From: Octopus sinensis
Lineage: Eukaryota
Direction: 5' to 3'
Assembly: GCF_006345805.1 (NCBI RefSeq)
Contig: NC_043000.1
Span: forward strand, 90,458,001 to 90,522,000
Length of the DNA stretch: 64,000 nt
The position numbers were made by a program, and so were the translations under genes. Under the pieces are notes generated by a model, which made no database searches, was not told where the DNA came from, and saw only the letters and a program-made list of their open reading frames with translations. Positions 27,932 to 40,195 of the stretch are shown piece after piece. The number at the start of each line of letters is the position of its first letter. Position 1 is the first letter of the stretch.

Positions 27932-28429
27932 TATAACTTAGGGCATCTGCGAGATACCGCCATGCTGAAAATAGCAGCCAGGATCTGACTCTAAAACCAC
28001 ATTAAGTGTTCATATAGCACAATACCTTTGAAGGTTTTTAGTTCCATGTTGGCCACTTGATAAGATCGTTGTTTAATTTAAATTAACGATCTTATCCTTA
28101 TATATATATATATGTATCTTTTAACTATTATAGAGCATCGTAAAGGTAGCGAGCTGGCAGAATCGTTGACGCGTGGGTTGAAATGCTTAGCGGAATTTTT
28201 TCTAGTTCTATACGTTCTAAGTTCAAGATCAGAGAAATTCAGCATGGCACAGAGTGTGACAATGCTTGCCCTTTCAAATACAGTGGCTTGAGTGCATCTT
28301 GAAATAAAGTGTCTTGAACAAGGATGCAAAACGCCGCCAGTAACCGAACTCACAGCCTTACGATCGTGAGCCGAATACGGTAACCACTAAGCCACGCGTC
28401 TTCACTGCATGCATGCATATATATATATA

Positions 28430-28590
28430 AGCGTTGGCGTGGTTGTGTGGTAAGAAGCTTGCTTTCCCAATCGCATGGTTCCGGGTTCATTCCCACTGCG
28501 TGGTACCTTGACCGAGCGTCTTCTACTATAGTCTCGGGCCGACCCCAGCTTTGGGAGTGGATTTGGTAGATGGAAACTGAAAGAAGCCCG

Positions 28591-28659
<69 letters not shown>

Positions 28660-28888
28660 ATGTGTTTATGTGTGTGAGTGTCTGTGTTTGTCTTCCCCCC
28701 ATCACTTGACAACCGATGCTGGTGCGTTTACGTCCCCGTAACTTAGCTAGGCAAAAGAGACTGATAAAATAAGTACAAGGCTTACAAAGAATAATTCTTT
28801 GGGTTGATTTCTTCGACTAAAACCCTTTAAGGCGGTGCTCTAGTATGGCCACAGTTAAATTATTGAAGCAAGTAAAAGAATAAAAGAA
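28430..28888 (+). mobile_element. Full-length tRNA-derived SINE family B with internal (TA)/(TG) tract
   Basis: A-box TGGTTGTGTGG, B-box-like GGTTCATTCCC, CORE-like body, conserved 3' half ending AAGTAAAAGAATAAAAGA. Colinear with 55520-55895. Confidence 0.85.
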
Positions 28889-28984
28889 TCCATCCATCCA
28901 TCCACCCACCCATCCATCCACCAGTCCATCCATCCATCCATCCATCCATCCATCCATGCCTCTGTTATAGAATACATTTATAAA

Positions 28985-29460
28985 CACCAACTCTAGGAAT
29001 ACTGGTGGAATATTCCCATCAAAACTTCAATCAAATGTAAACATAACAGGCTGGATATTGTTGTTTGAGACAGAGGAGCAAAGGTATGTACCATCATAGA
29101 GGTCAGCTGCCCTGCAGATATAAATATCTCTTTGAAAATATCCATGGACAATTGCTACGAAACCTCCAGCTTCTATATCCAGACAATGAATTCATATTCA
29201 TACCAATAATAATTGGAGCACTAGGTTTTGTTAGTAAATGCTTAAAGGAGAATCTGGGTAAACTGGGATTTTCAGAAAGAGAAATCGACCGGCTAATTCC
29301 GACATTACAACTGCAATCGGTGAGTGGAACAGTAAAAATATGCAAGACTTTTCTCAAGTTCCAAATGTGAATTTGTCTGTGTTAACTACATCCCAAAGAT
29401 AGAACCTTCTATCTCTGTTGGAAACCGGCTGCCTCCTCAGTGGAAGATTTATAATAATTA
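28985..29460 (+). mobile_element. R4/Dong-like LINE 3' end with PD-(D/E)xK REL endonuclease
   Basis: [40 protein letters not shown], then FIPIIIGALGFVSKCL..LQLQSVSGTVKICKTFLKFQM*. Paralogous to 15280-15441. Confidence 0.85.
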
Positions 29461-29989
29461 AAAAATTGAAGAGACGTACATACATGTGTACCTATATATG
29501 AGGGTAGTCACTTGTAGTTCGGAAAAGACAGCTCCTCAATTTCTTGCTTAATGTTCATCTTGTATGTATTAGTGTATGTGGAATGTTTGTGCTGTACATT
29601 ATCTCCCTGCTTCCATCAAATCAACATTGGCTGAACAGGTGCGCGGTGTACCACACATCAGGTATCGAAGTGACTGCAGCGTGAGATGAAGTGTTCGGCT
29701 CAAGAAGACAACGTACCATCCAATCCATGAAATGAAACTACGATCTCGCAATCGCAAGAGTAACATTCTAACCATTTGACTATGCGCCCTCCCACCCCAC
29801 CACACGCACGCACACACAACACACATACACATACACACTGATGAAAATATACAGTAGTATGAATAAATGGATAGACAGATAGAGAGATACCCGGACATGC
29901 ATAAAGAGAGAAAAAGACGGAGTGGTCATGAAAAGAGTGTCGGAGAGAAAAATGATTATACACCTGTACGTGTCTGTATCTGTATATGA

Positions 29990-30844
29990 GAGTGTTTTAT
30001 ATGTATGTATGTAACTATGTTTATATCTATTATGTGCGTATGCCCGTGTCTTTATGTATGTATAAGTATATATGAATAAATATGTGTATCCCACTGGCTA
30101 CATATGTGTGTATGCTTGCATGCATGCAATCTATATGTTTGTATTTATATGTGCGTACGTCTCTCTCTATACGTACATACATACACACACCACACACACA
30201 CACATACACACACACACACACATATATATATATATCTGTATGTCTATATGTCTGTATCTATATATGTATGTATCTGCATCCACACACACATACATCTACA
30301 CACAAACACATATATGTCTATAACAATACGTGTGCGAATCTTTATACATATATGTATGTACATGTGTGTATGTCTGTCTGTATATATTTGAAAATGTATA
30401 TATAAATATATATATACTTGTGTGTGTGTGTGTGTGAATGTACATGTATGTGGATGTATGTATGTGCATATATATATTTGTGTATTCCTCTATCTGTATA
30501 TGCAACTATCTCTGTTTCTATCTGTATATGTCTCTATGTCTATTATCTATATACGCGTGCGCATATCTGTACCTACATATGTTACCTCCAAAGATCTCCA
30601 TTGAAACACTGACAAAAAGTAAAAAAAAACAAAAACAAAAAACAAAACAAAAAACAAAAGTAAAAACAAAAACAAAACAAAAAACATCATTTAGGAAAAT
30701 TTTTCGTTTCTTTTCTGTACGAAAAATTTTCGAAGACAAGCAAAACCTGGTGTAACTTTTTGTACAGACCTAAACTAGTAATTTTCGCTCAGTTTCGGTT
30801 TCAGCAGTACATTGTAGTTTTTCCATTTGCCATACATACATACA

Positions 30845-30876
<32 letters not shown>

Positions 30877-30906
30877 CTCACATATATATATGCGTATATG
30901 TATGTG

Positions 30907-30943
<37 letters not shown>

Positions 30944-31380
30944 TGTGTGTGGTGTGTGTGTATATGTATGTGTGTGTGAGTGTGTATGTAATGTTTTCTT
31001 ACCCTTTAACGTAGCCATATTAACATTGTTCACCTTCTTTGTTAATTTGTGTTGTCATCCCTTCAGAACATTAAGTTCGGTGGGGAGGGAAAAAAAATTA
31101 AAAAGAAATATATAGTAAAAAAACACCACAAAAATAAAACAAGCTTAAAAATATTTTCTTTGCACACTTAACCATACACACACACACACACACACATATA
31201 TAACTCATGAGTGCATGTGTTACACACACACACATACACACACACACATACACACACCTATGTATATATACATACATCTATATATTATATATACATATAA
31301 TACACACATATATGTAACGTACATAAAAGTAATAAATATATATGTATATATAAATGCATAGCATACCTATACATACATCC

Positions 31381-31434
<54 letters not shown>

Positions 31435-31678
31435 GTGCTTACAGACATATAGGAGTATGTGTGTGTGTGTCTGAATGCATTACACTCTTGTAATGACAAA
31501 TTATTAAAGCATGCCGTTGTAATACACACACACACACATACATACATGTATACATGTTAAATGTATATGCATACGTAAGCACTCGTAAACACTCACACTC
31601 ACAAACACATAACAAGAACGTGCACAATCACACAAAGACACCCACATATACACACAGAGATATACATACATACATAAG

Positions 31679-31709
<31 letters not shown>

Positions 31710-31760
31710 GTGTGTGTATCCGTAGATATATGCATAGGCGTATGTGTGTGTTTGCATTAT
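29990..31760. repeat. Mixed (TA)/(CA)/(CATA) microsatellite region
   Basis: Direct reading; includes an imperfect duplication of CTCTT(G/A)TAATGACA.ATTATTAAAGCATG at ~31485 and ~31763. Confidence 0.85.
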
Positions 31761-32589
31761 TCTCTTATAATGACAGACTATTAAAGCATGGCATTCCATT
31801 ACAAAACAGTATGATTTGGGTAATTTTTTTTTGTTTTTTTAATAGAATTAGACTTATCTCAAAACTACAAGACTCTGCTATAATTTAATGTTAAGGTTTC
31901 TATAGAATCCATTATTTATTTACTACACTTTTTACTTCACATTTATTTAAAATCTTTATTCGATTCCTTCCTTTATACATTTATTTCGGAAGAAGTTAAG
32001 TTTCAGCTGGGAAAAAAATAACTATTGGGATAGCTTCTCAGAGTATACTCTAAGGCTCAATAAAGGAGTTGTAGAGCTACCGTGCAAGACGGAACAAGAT
32101 GGAACTATAATATTATGGTACCTGGAAAATGTGAAAGGGTGTGACTTAGTGGTTAGGAGCGTTGCACTATCAATCTCAAGATTGTGGTTTCGCTTATTGG
32201 ATGGGGTACTGCATTCTGTTCTCGAGCAAAAATACTGAGGCGTCGAGATGGCAAAATCGTTATCGCGCCCTATAATATGCTTAGCGGCCTTTCATCCGAC
32301 TTTACGTTCTGAGTTCGAATGCTACTGAGAACGACATTTCTTGTTATCCTTCGGGGACGTTGAAATAAATACCAGTTGAGCACTGGAGTCAATGTATTTG
32401 ACTCTCTCACATCCCACATAATTTCAGGTCTTGAGAATATTGTAGAAACGCTATTGTAATAATTGAATCTACGAAACCTGGTCGGTAAAATGGTTGTATT
32501 TCAATAACCTTCACCCATAAAGATAATATCCAGTTCAATCCTGATATTGTTTCGTAAAATCTCATTTTATATATTTTCATTTTGTACTT

Positions 32590-32774
32590 TTGTTTCATTT
32601 ATTGGACTGCAACGGTGCTGGGGCACCACTTTGAAGTATTTTAGCCGAATGAATTGACTTATTTTCAAAAATCTAGGATATATTCCGTCGGGCTCTTGCC
32701 AAACTGCAAAATTACGTGGACAAAACAAACCAGTACCGATTGTCAAATAGTGAGTCAAAATAAAATGCGCGTGC

Positions 32775-32863
<89 letters not shown>

Positions 32864-33030
32864 ACACACACACACGTATGGGACGGGCTTTCATACAGCT
32901 TCCCTGTACCAAATGCACGCACAAAGCATTGATCATCCTGGGGCTATAGTAGAAGACACTTGTCCCAGGTGCCGCGCAGTAGGACTGAGCCCGAAACCGC
33001 GTGACTACAAAGCGAGCTTCTTAACCACAT
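32590..33030 (-). mobile_element. SINE family B copy with internal (CA)n
   Basis: Reverse complement of the 28430 and 55520 copies. Confidence 0.75.
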
Positions 33031-34352
33031 ATATGTGTAAAAATTACGGTGCTCTTGTTGTCCAGCCGATGATCAGCTCTGATCGTGAAACTATTGATTG
33101 AATGCATTCCTGTCGTGAACATTCGATTTGTCTTATTTATTTTTTCTCTCAGATGTATTAAATTGAAAGGTTTCTTTATGGAAATACACACGAATGAAAA
33201 TCCACAAATAATATTTATCCCCCCCTCTCTCTCTCTCTCTGTCACACACACACACTTTTCCTATTTTAAGTGGGAAGTAGATTTCACCGTTATCTTTTGC
33301 ATATCGAAGACCAAGCAGAGGTGCTCTCCCACTCACAGTGTGAAATTTCACTTTCTAATAAAAACACGAGGAAAAAGCGACAGATGTTCACGTCCTTTAG
33401 AAGCTTAATCCTGGCAGCCTGTCAATAGTTTTTGTTTTAGTTTTGCTGTTCATATTCTCTCTAAACACCTCAAAATTAATCCTGTCAGCGAAATTTTCTT
33501 TCGTTAAGGAAAAATTCAAATTTCTTCTATTGAAACTAATGAGAAATATTTTACTTGTTTGCCTGAATTTGCAACAAATATTAACCAAGTTTCTTTCAAA
33601 ATCACACCCAGTCTCTTTAAAGAAAACGGACATTTTGGATAATATGACTTACATTAACACATTTTCCACGTACTCTGTTAATGGTTTAGCAAAATTTAAT
33701 GCGCCATAAAAAATTACTTATAACTGATTGATCACCATTAAAATAACTACTTCTACTTAAGTCATTTCATCAATAAACTATGGAATGTGAGTCCAACATT
33801 TTGACCGAGATGATTCGCACATAGAATAAATGTTTTTTAAAAGTGTCTTTAAAATTTAGAACAATGAAAACATGTATCTATCGCCTAAGAACCTCCTTTA
33901 TCCCTAGTACATATCTTTTATCCTTTATCACTTACCTTTTACTCGTTTAAGTCAACAGACTGCGGCCATACTGGGGCACCACCTTGAAGAGTTTTGGCAA
34001 AACAAATAGACCCCAACAATCATGCTTTTTTTTTAAATTTCAAGACTGGCGACTTAATCTATCGATATTTTTTGGCGAGCTGCTAAGGTACGGGGGACGT
34101 ATACAAATGAAAAACGGTTACTAAGCCATAACGGGTGGGGGGACGTAGGAACTCAGACAATGATTCAGCCAAACAAACATGTACTTATGTATATATATAT
34201 ATATATAATATATATATTATATATATATATATAATATATATAATATATATAATATATATATAGGGAGAGTTTACGAAAAAAATAAAAGACGAAGACAGGT
34301 GGTGTACAAAACAAACGGATGTATTAGTATAACGCTCAGGAATAGAAAAAGT

Positions 34353-34388
34353 CTTTTACGTTTCGAGCCTACGCTCTTCTACAGAAAG
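34353..34388 (-). ncRNA. Minimal type-I hammerhead-like motif with U at core position 6 (family 2)
   Basis: CUUU-CUGUAGA-A-GAGC-GUAG-GCUC-GAAA-CG-UA-AAAG; stems I and II pair perfectly. Confidence 0.6.
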
Positions 34389-34464
34389 GGACACAGAAAA
34401 ACCAAAGAGAGAAACAAGGAGAGAAAAAAAATATGTGCAGTGGCTAACGATCTATCATGGCGAC

Positions 34465-34545
<81 letters not shown>

Positions 34546-35094
34546 CTGTGTGTATGTATATATATATATATATGTATGTATACCGGTTGCGGGGCACTGC
34601 TCTAGGGCATACTATGTTAAACTTTTCAGCATTAACACAAATTCTTTATCCTTTATCTTGCATACATATATACGCGCATACATGTATGCATACATGCGTG
34701 CATACATACCATGCATTCATACATACATACATGCATCCATACATATTTGCATGCATACATACATGCACACACATACATACATGTATACATACATGCATAC
34801 ATACTTGCGTGCATACGTACATATATACATACATACATGCATGCATACATACATGCACACGCATACATACATGTATACATACTTGCATACATATATACGC
34901 GCATACATGTATACATACATGCATACATACATGAATGTATACATACATCACTACTTAGCCTGATGTCGTTACATTCCGATGAATGAAAAAGCCTTGTTCT
35001 TGCGTTAGAAACCGATCTCCCTGTATTGAAGAAATATATAGCCAAACACATGCATCACACATACACACACACACACACACGCACACACACAGAG

Positions 35095-35420
35095 TAAAAA
35101 ACCCCTTTCGGTCATGAATGACCGTGAGATTGCACCTAGAAGGTTACCCTCCGAGGCACAAGTCCAAGCAAAGTTGTTTATGGAAGACCAGCAGTCGCCC
35201 ACACATACCAGCCTCCCCTCTCTATGCCACCGATGTTGTCTAAGGGAAAGGCTAAAGCCAACACAGCTTGGTACATGTGACGTCACAATTCATTTCTACA
35301 ACTGAGTGAACTGGAGCAATGTGAAATAAAGTGTCTTGTTCAGTAACGCAACGCATAGCCCGGTCCAGGAATCGAACTCCCTACTTTGATTGTGAGACCG
35401 ACACTAACTACTGAATCATG
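35095..35420 (-). mobile_element. tRNA-derived CORE-like SINE family D
   Basis: Minus strand GGCGCATGATTCAGTAGTTAG..GAGTTCGATTCCTGGACCGGG..GAACAAGACACTTTATTTCAC. Related pieces at 29600-29790 and 45870-46015. Confidence 0.7.
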
Positions 35421-35424
35421 CGCC

Positions 35425-35491
<67 letters not shown>

Positions 35492-36199
35492 GTATTTCAA
35501 AGTGTGTATACGTGTGCGCATGTGTTACTCAGTGTGTCTCTGGCGGTCTGCGTACATTCACACTTGCTTTTACTCTGGTTAGTTTGTCTTGCATAAATAT
35601 TTCTTTCAATTACAATAAGGAAACGGTATGTCCGAATTAGAACAAATAATCTGCGAGACGGCAGGATGGAAGAGAAAAAAAAATGGTAAAGAGATTCTTG
35701 TGAGGTTCGCTTGAAGATATAGAATCGGTCAATGCTTTATTAATTTATTGGTTTAAGGGTCACAGGTTGGGGATTGCAATCGCCTTTTCGTTCGCATGGC
35801 TCGATAAATTCTGAACTCTTTCAACCGTAAGAAATCATCTTATGCATACATACATACATACACACACACATACATACATACATACATACATACATACATA
35901 CATACATACATACATACGAACATACATACATACATACATACATACATTCATACATACATACATACATATATGGGTGCATATATGAACACAAATATGTGTG
36001 TATGTGTGTGTGTATACACATTTATATATAGATATGTGTGTATGTATGTAACGGTGTGTGGAACAAAGTAAATACTAGCTACGGTAAAGAGACGTCGAAA
36101 ACCGAAAACGATAACAAAACAAAAGAGGCAATGGTCATGTATATATATATATATATAGACACATACACTTATACATTATATACAATATATACATATGTA

Positions 36200-36456
36200 T
36201 TAGGTTGGTGCATATTAATTGCGGCTTTTTTCAATAAATTTTATGAAAAAAAAACAAACAAACAATAATAACATTTCACAAAAATATCTTTAAATGATTA
36301 TTCCGGAGCATTTTCACCATCTACCTCAATTACTGCTTCCCATTTGCTTGGCAGCCGGCCGGATTACCCATTTAAAGATGTTTTTGTTAAATGTTCGTAT
36401 TGATTTTGTTGAATAAAATTTATTGAAAAAAGCCGCAATAATTATGCACCAACCTA

Positions 36457-36457
<1 letters not shown>
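36200..36457. mobile_element. Mariner MITE with Hsmar1/MADE1-like TIRs
   Basis: TA-TTAGGTTGGTGCATATTAATTGCGGCTTTTTTCAATAAA ... TTTATTGAAAAAAGCCGCAATAATTATGCACCAACCTAA-TA. Confidence 0.9.
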
Positions 36458-36487
<30 letters not shown>

Positions 36488-37169
36488 TATATATATATAT
36501 ATATACATTCGTCTAAAACAAATTGTCCAAGGCGGTGCCCCAGCATGGTAGTATTCCAATGACTGAAACATGCATAAGCTAAAAGATGCCGAGAAAATCT
36601 CTTGTAGTTACGCTCTCTCGCGTATGTGTGGAAATAGCACGTGTATTTAATTTTCTTTTCCATATTAAAAACGTCACTATATATAGCTTATTGCCATGAA
36701 ATATATGTTAAAGACTAAATGAATCAAAGTAACCCACTGTTTCACATTTACCGTTTCATCCAATTTTTTGAACCTCAAAAGGAATTGTCGCACTCGATCC
36801 ATGCTGAGTCTTATACTCCTATATATTAGCATACTTCATTCTCTCTTCCTTTCTGCGTTCCTGGAGGATTATAAATGGTTAGTGCTTGCTTTGCGACCGA
36901 AAAACGCAATGTAATACACAATCCACAAAATCATGTTATTCCAGGTGCAATATACTCATAATTGGCTTCAATATCTGTTTTTCCATCAATCCGGTGAGCT
37001 GGCAGAAACGAAACCGCGATCCTACGACCGCGAGTCCGCTGCCCTAACCACTAGGCCATTGCGCCTCCACATATGTATGTAAATATATGTGTTATATATT
37101 GTATGTATATATATATATATAAATTTTTTTCCCTCTGTCTTCCCTTCTCTGGATCTTTCCTTCTCCTAT

Positions 37170-37204
37170 GTTTCCGACGAAGATCTCCGCTCGAAACGTT
37201 AAAC
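37170..37204 (+). ncRNA. Degenerate minimal hammerhead-like motif (family 2 relative)
   Basis: GUUU-CCGACGA-A-GAUC-UCC-GCUC-GAAA-CG-UU-AAAC, followed by TTCCTGAGCG..TAATAC as in the 34262-34470 copy. Confidence 0.5.
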
Positions 37205-37333
37205 CCTCCTTCTTTCCTTCTTTCCTGAGCGTCCAATAATACGATATTTGTTCCACGTCCTCGCGTTGTTGTTTTTTTGTGCCTTCTTGTTTGGATTAAC
37301 TTTATATATCTATATATATATCCATGTATATAA

Positions 37334-37414
<81 letters not shown>

Positions 37415-37707
37415 TCAGAGTGGGAGAGAAAAATAAGGACTGCAAGAAAGAAAGTTACAGAAATGAATACAGGTTTAATCAAACAGAAAGAGAAAATGGT
37501 ACTTTAAGTGGTGTGTGTAAGTGTGCGTACGCGCGCGCGTGTATGTGTGTGTATGTGCATGTATATGCTTTGTGCATGCATATGCTTTTCGATGGAAGAG
37601 GAGGGAGATTTAAAAGAATAGAGTGAGTGAGAGAGCGAGAGAGAGGAAGAGAGAAAGAAATAGAAAGGGAGAGAGAGAAAGAGAGAAAGAAATAGAAAGG
37701 GAGAGAG

Positions 37708-37738
<31 letters not shown>

Positions 37739-38537
37739 GAGGGAGAGAGAGAGATAGATAGAGATAGAGAGAACTGAGAAAGTGGTTGTGAGAGGATGAT
37801 TAACAATGATAGAGCTAGAGCCACATAGTTTGATAGATAGATAAATAGATAGATTGATAAAGCAAGAGAGAGAAAGAGTGAGGGAGAAGAAGAGAGAGAA
37901 AGAGTAGGGAGAGAGGTATGTATGTTTTAAAAAGGTTGGTAGAGAGTTGATAGTCTGCCCCGAATAATTTTAAGCGAGGATGTAGGTTCGCGTGTGTCTT
38001 TGGCATGTCAGAACGGTTCCCTATGCCAATCTTTCATTAGCGACTCCCAGAAACTCACCATTATAATAATTACCTTGATTTAAACTCAACCTGCAAACAC
38101 GCACACTCATACCTAAATGTAAAAACAAAATACAAAAAAACAAAAAAAAGAACAAATGGATCTCCGTTGGTCTCGACGATGACTTCAATTGTTTGATCAA
38201 GTGAATTACCTTGCTTATTGAATTTGTGTGTAAGTGGTTGAATATTCCGACAGATATCTCTACCCTTGATATAATCGTTTAACAGAATCTGAGTGACACA
38301 GTGTGCGTGACATAGGTCAGACCTTTGAATTATGGGGGCCATTCGCATGACGGTTTTCCATAAAGTTTCCGTTTATCCATTTTCCCTCTATCTATATAAA
38401 GGTATATATACACATATGCACGTATAAACATGCATACACACACATGCATATATAATATATATTATATATATATATATCAAGGCTAATTGCGCAGTATTCG
38501 GTGTTATAACACAGGACATGCTCGATGAACTTTATAA

Positions 38538-38586
<49 letters not shown>

Positions 38587-38963
38587 GTAAATTATTCGGT
38601 AGCCATGTATTTGTGACAATTATTCCGTAGCCATGTAAAAATTCCGAGTTTCGGATGTCGGGGTCGAAATCCACGCCGCCATCTCTTCAGTTATCCAGTC
38701 ATAGGGAAAAATGCTATAAAAATGACCGTTAAACAAAGGGAAATTACTGTGTGATTGACCGTTATTAAGACAAAAGAGCTATTTGAATGAGCGCTAAGTG
38801 AGGGGAGGGAGTAAAAGTAAGGGGATAAAAAAGTTCATAGTATTCGCGTAAGCGCGCATGTCCATACATACACATGCGCGCCCGCACATCCCCGTACATA
38901 CGCCTAAAAGTATACACTCATCCACCCTCACTTGAAACACACATTCTCATCTGCACCATTCGC

Positions 38964-39017
<54 letters not shown>

Positions 39018-39041
39018 ATTCCACTCATACACATACGTACC

Positions 39042-39545
39042 AAAAAAGTTCATACACACGTCTATATACGCACAAGCACAAGAAAATACAGGGCAATAGT
39101 ACAGAAAAAAGGCGTAAGGGAGTATAAAAAATAAGCAATAAGAGTGAAACACGTCTATATACGCACATACCCGTATGCACACAAACACAAACATGCGTCT
39201 ATATACGCGCATACCCGCACACGTCTATATACGCACACACACACGCGCTCAAAGAAAGTTGATTCACACGTCTATATGCACATACACAAGAAAAAACAAA
39301 GTTAAAGGCAAAAATACAGGAAAATGTGTAAAAAAACAATGAGTAAAACACGTCTATATACGCACATACTCGCATGTACGCACACACACACACATCTATA
39401 TACGCACATACCCGCACACACGCACACAACCACACGCGCGCACAAAGGATTCCATATACACGTCTATATACGCACAGGGAAAAATGCAGGGTGGAAGGTA
39501 GAATACAGAAAAATTATGTGTGAAAAATATATAAGCAATAAGATA
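39042..39545 (+). repeat. Higher-order tandem repeat (~200 bp x3) built on the 15-mer CACGTCTATATACGC
   Basis: Eight copies of the 15-mer (~39057, 39149, 39194, 39219, 39267, 39349, 39391, 39459). Confidence 0.8.
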
Positions 39546-40039
39546 TTGGGTTTATAGGTTTATAATGCCTCCTTCTTCTTCTTCTTCTTCTTCTTCTTCT
39601 TCTTCTTCTTCTTCTTCTTCTTCTTCTCCTCCTCCTTCTTGTTCTTGTTCTTGTTCTTTTTCTTCTTCTTCTTCTTCTCCTCCTCCTCCTCCTCCTTCTT
39701 CTTCTTCTTCTTCTTCTTCTTCTTCTTCTTCTTCTTCTTCTTCTTCTTCCGATGACAGCTTCGCTGGCCGATGATGGCTTTGCTGACCGAAACTTCGAAA
39801 TCACTGTCAATAATATTCTTGTTTTAAAAAAAGAAGAATGAATTTACATTCTTGAAACGCATAGAGTAACATTTCAGATTAATGTAAAAACTGAACATAA
39901 AAACAAGCAGTAATATATGTTTGTCTGTGCTCCGTACACTGGTGCCACGAGACGATGCTCGGTGTGCGCTGCAGTCTCATCTGAATACTAGGTGTGCCGC
40001 CGAAGTATACCGAAAGTGAAAAAAAAGTTGCGGAGAACT

Positions 40040-40077
<38 letters not shown>

Positions 40078-40156
40078 AACACGCGCGCGCGCACGCATAC
40101 ACAGAGATACATGTATGTATAGATGTAAGTATGCATATGTGTGTGTGTGTGTGTGT

Positions 40157-40195
<39 letters not shown>

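Noticed and set aside
33085-33709. Non-repetitive short ORFs as possible host exons
   Set aside because: No recognisable protein motif or convincing splice pair.
39042-39545. CRISPR-like repeat-spacer look (also 7452-7626)
   Set aside because: Repeats are too short, spacers are irregular and mutually similar, there are no cas genes, and the context is eukaryotic.
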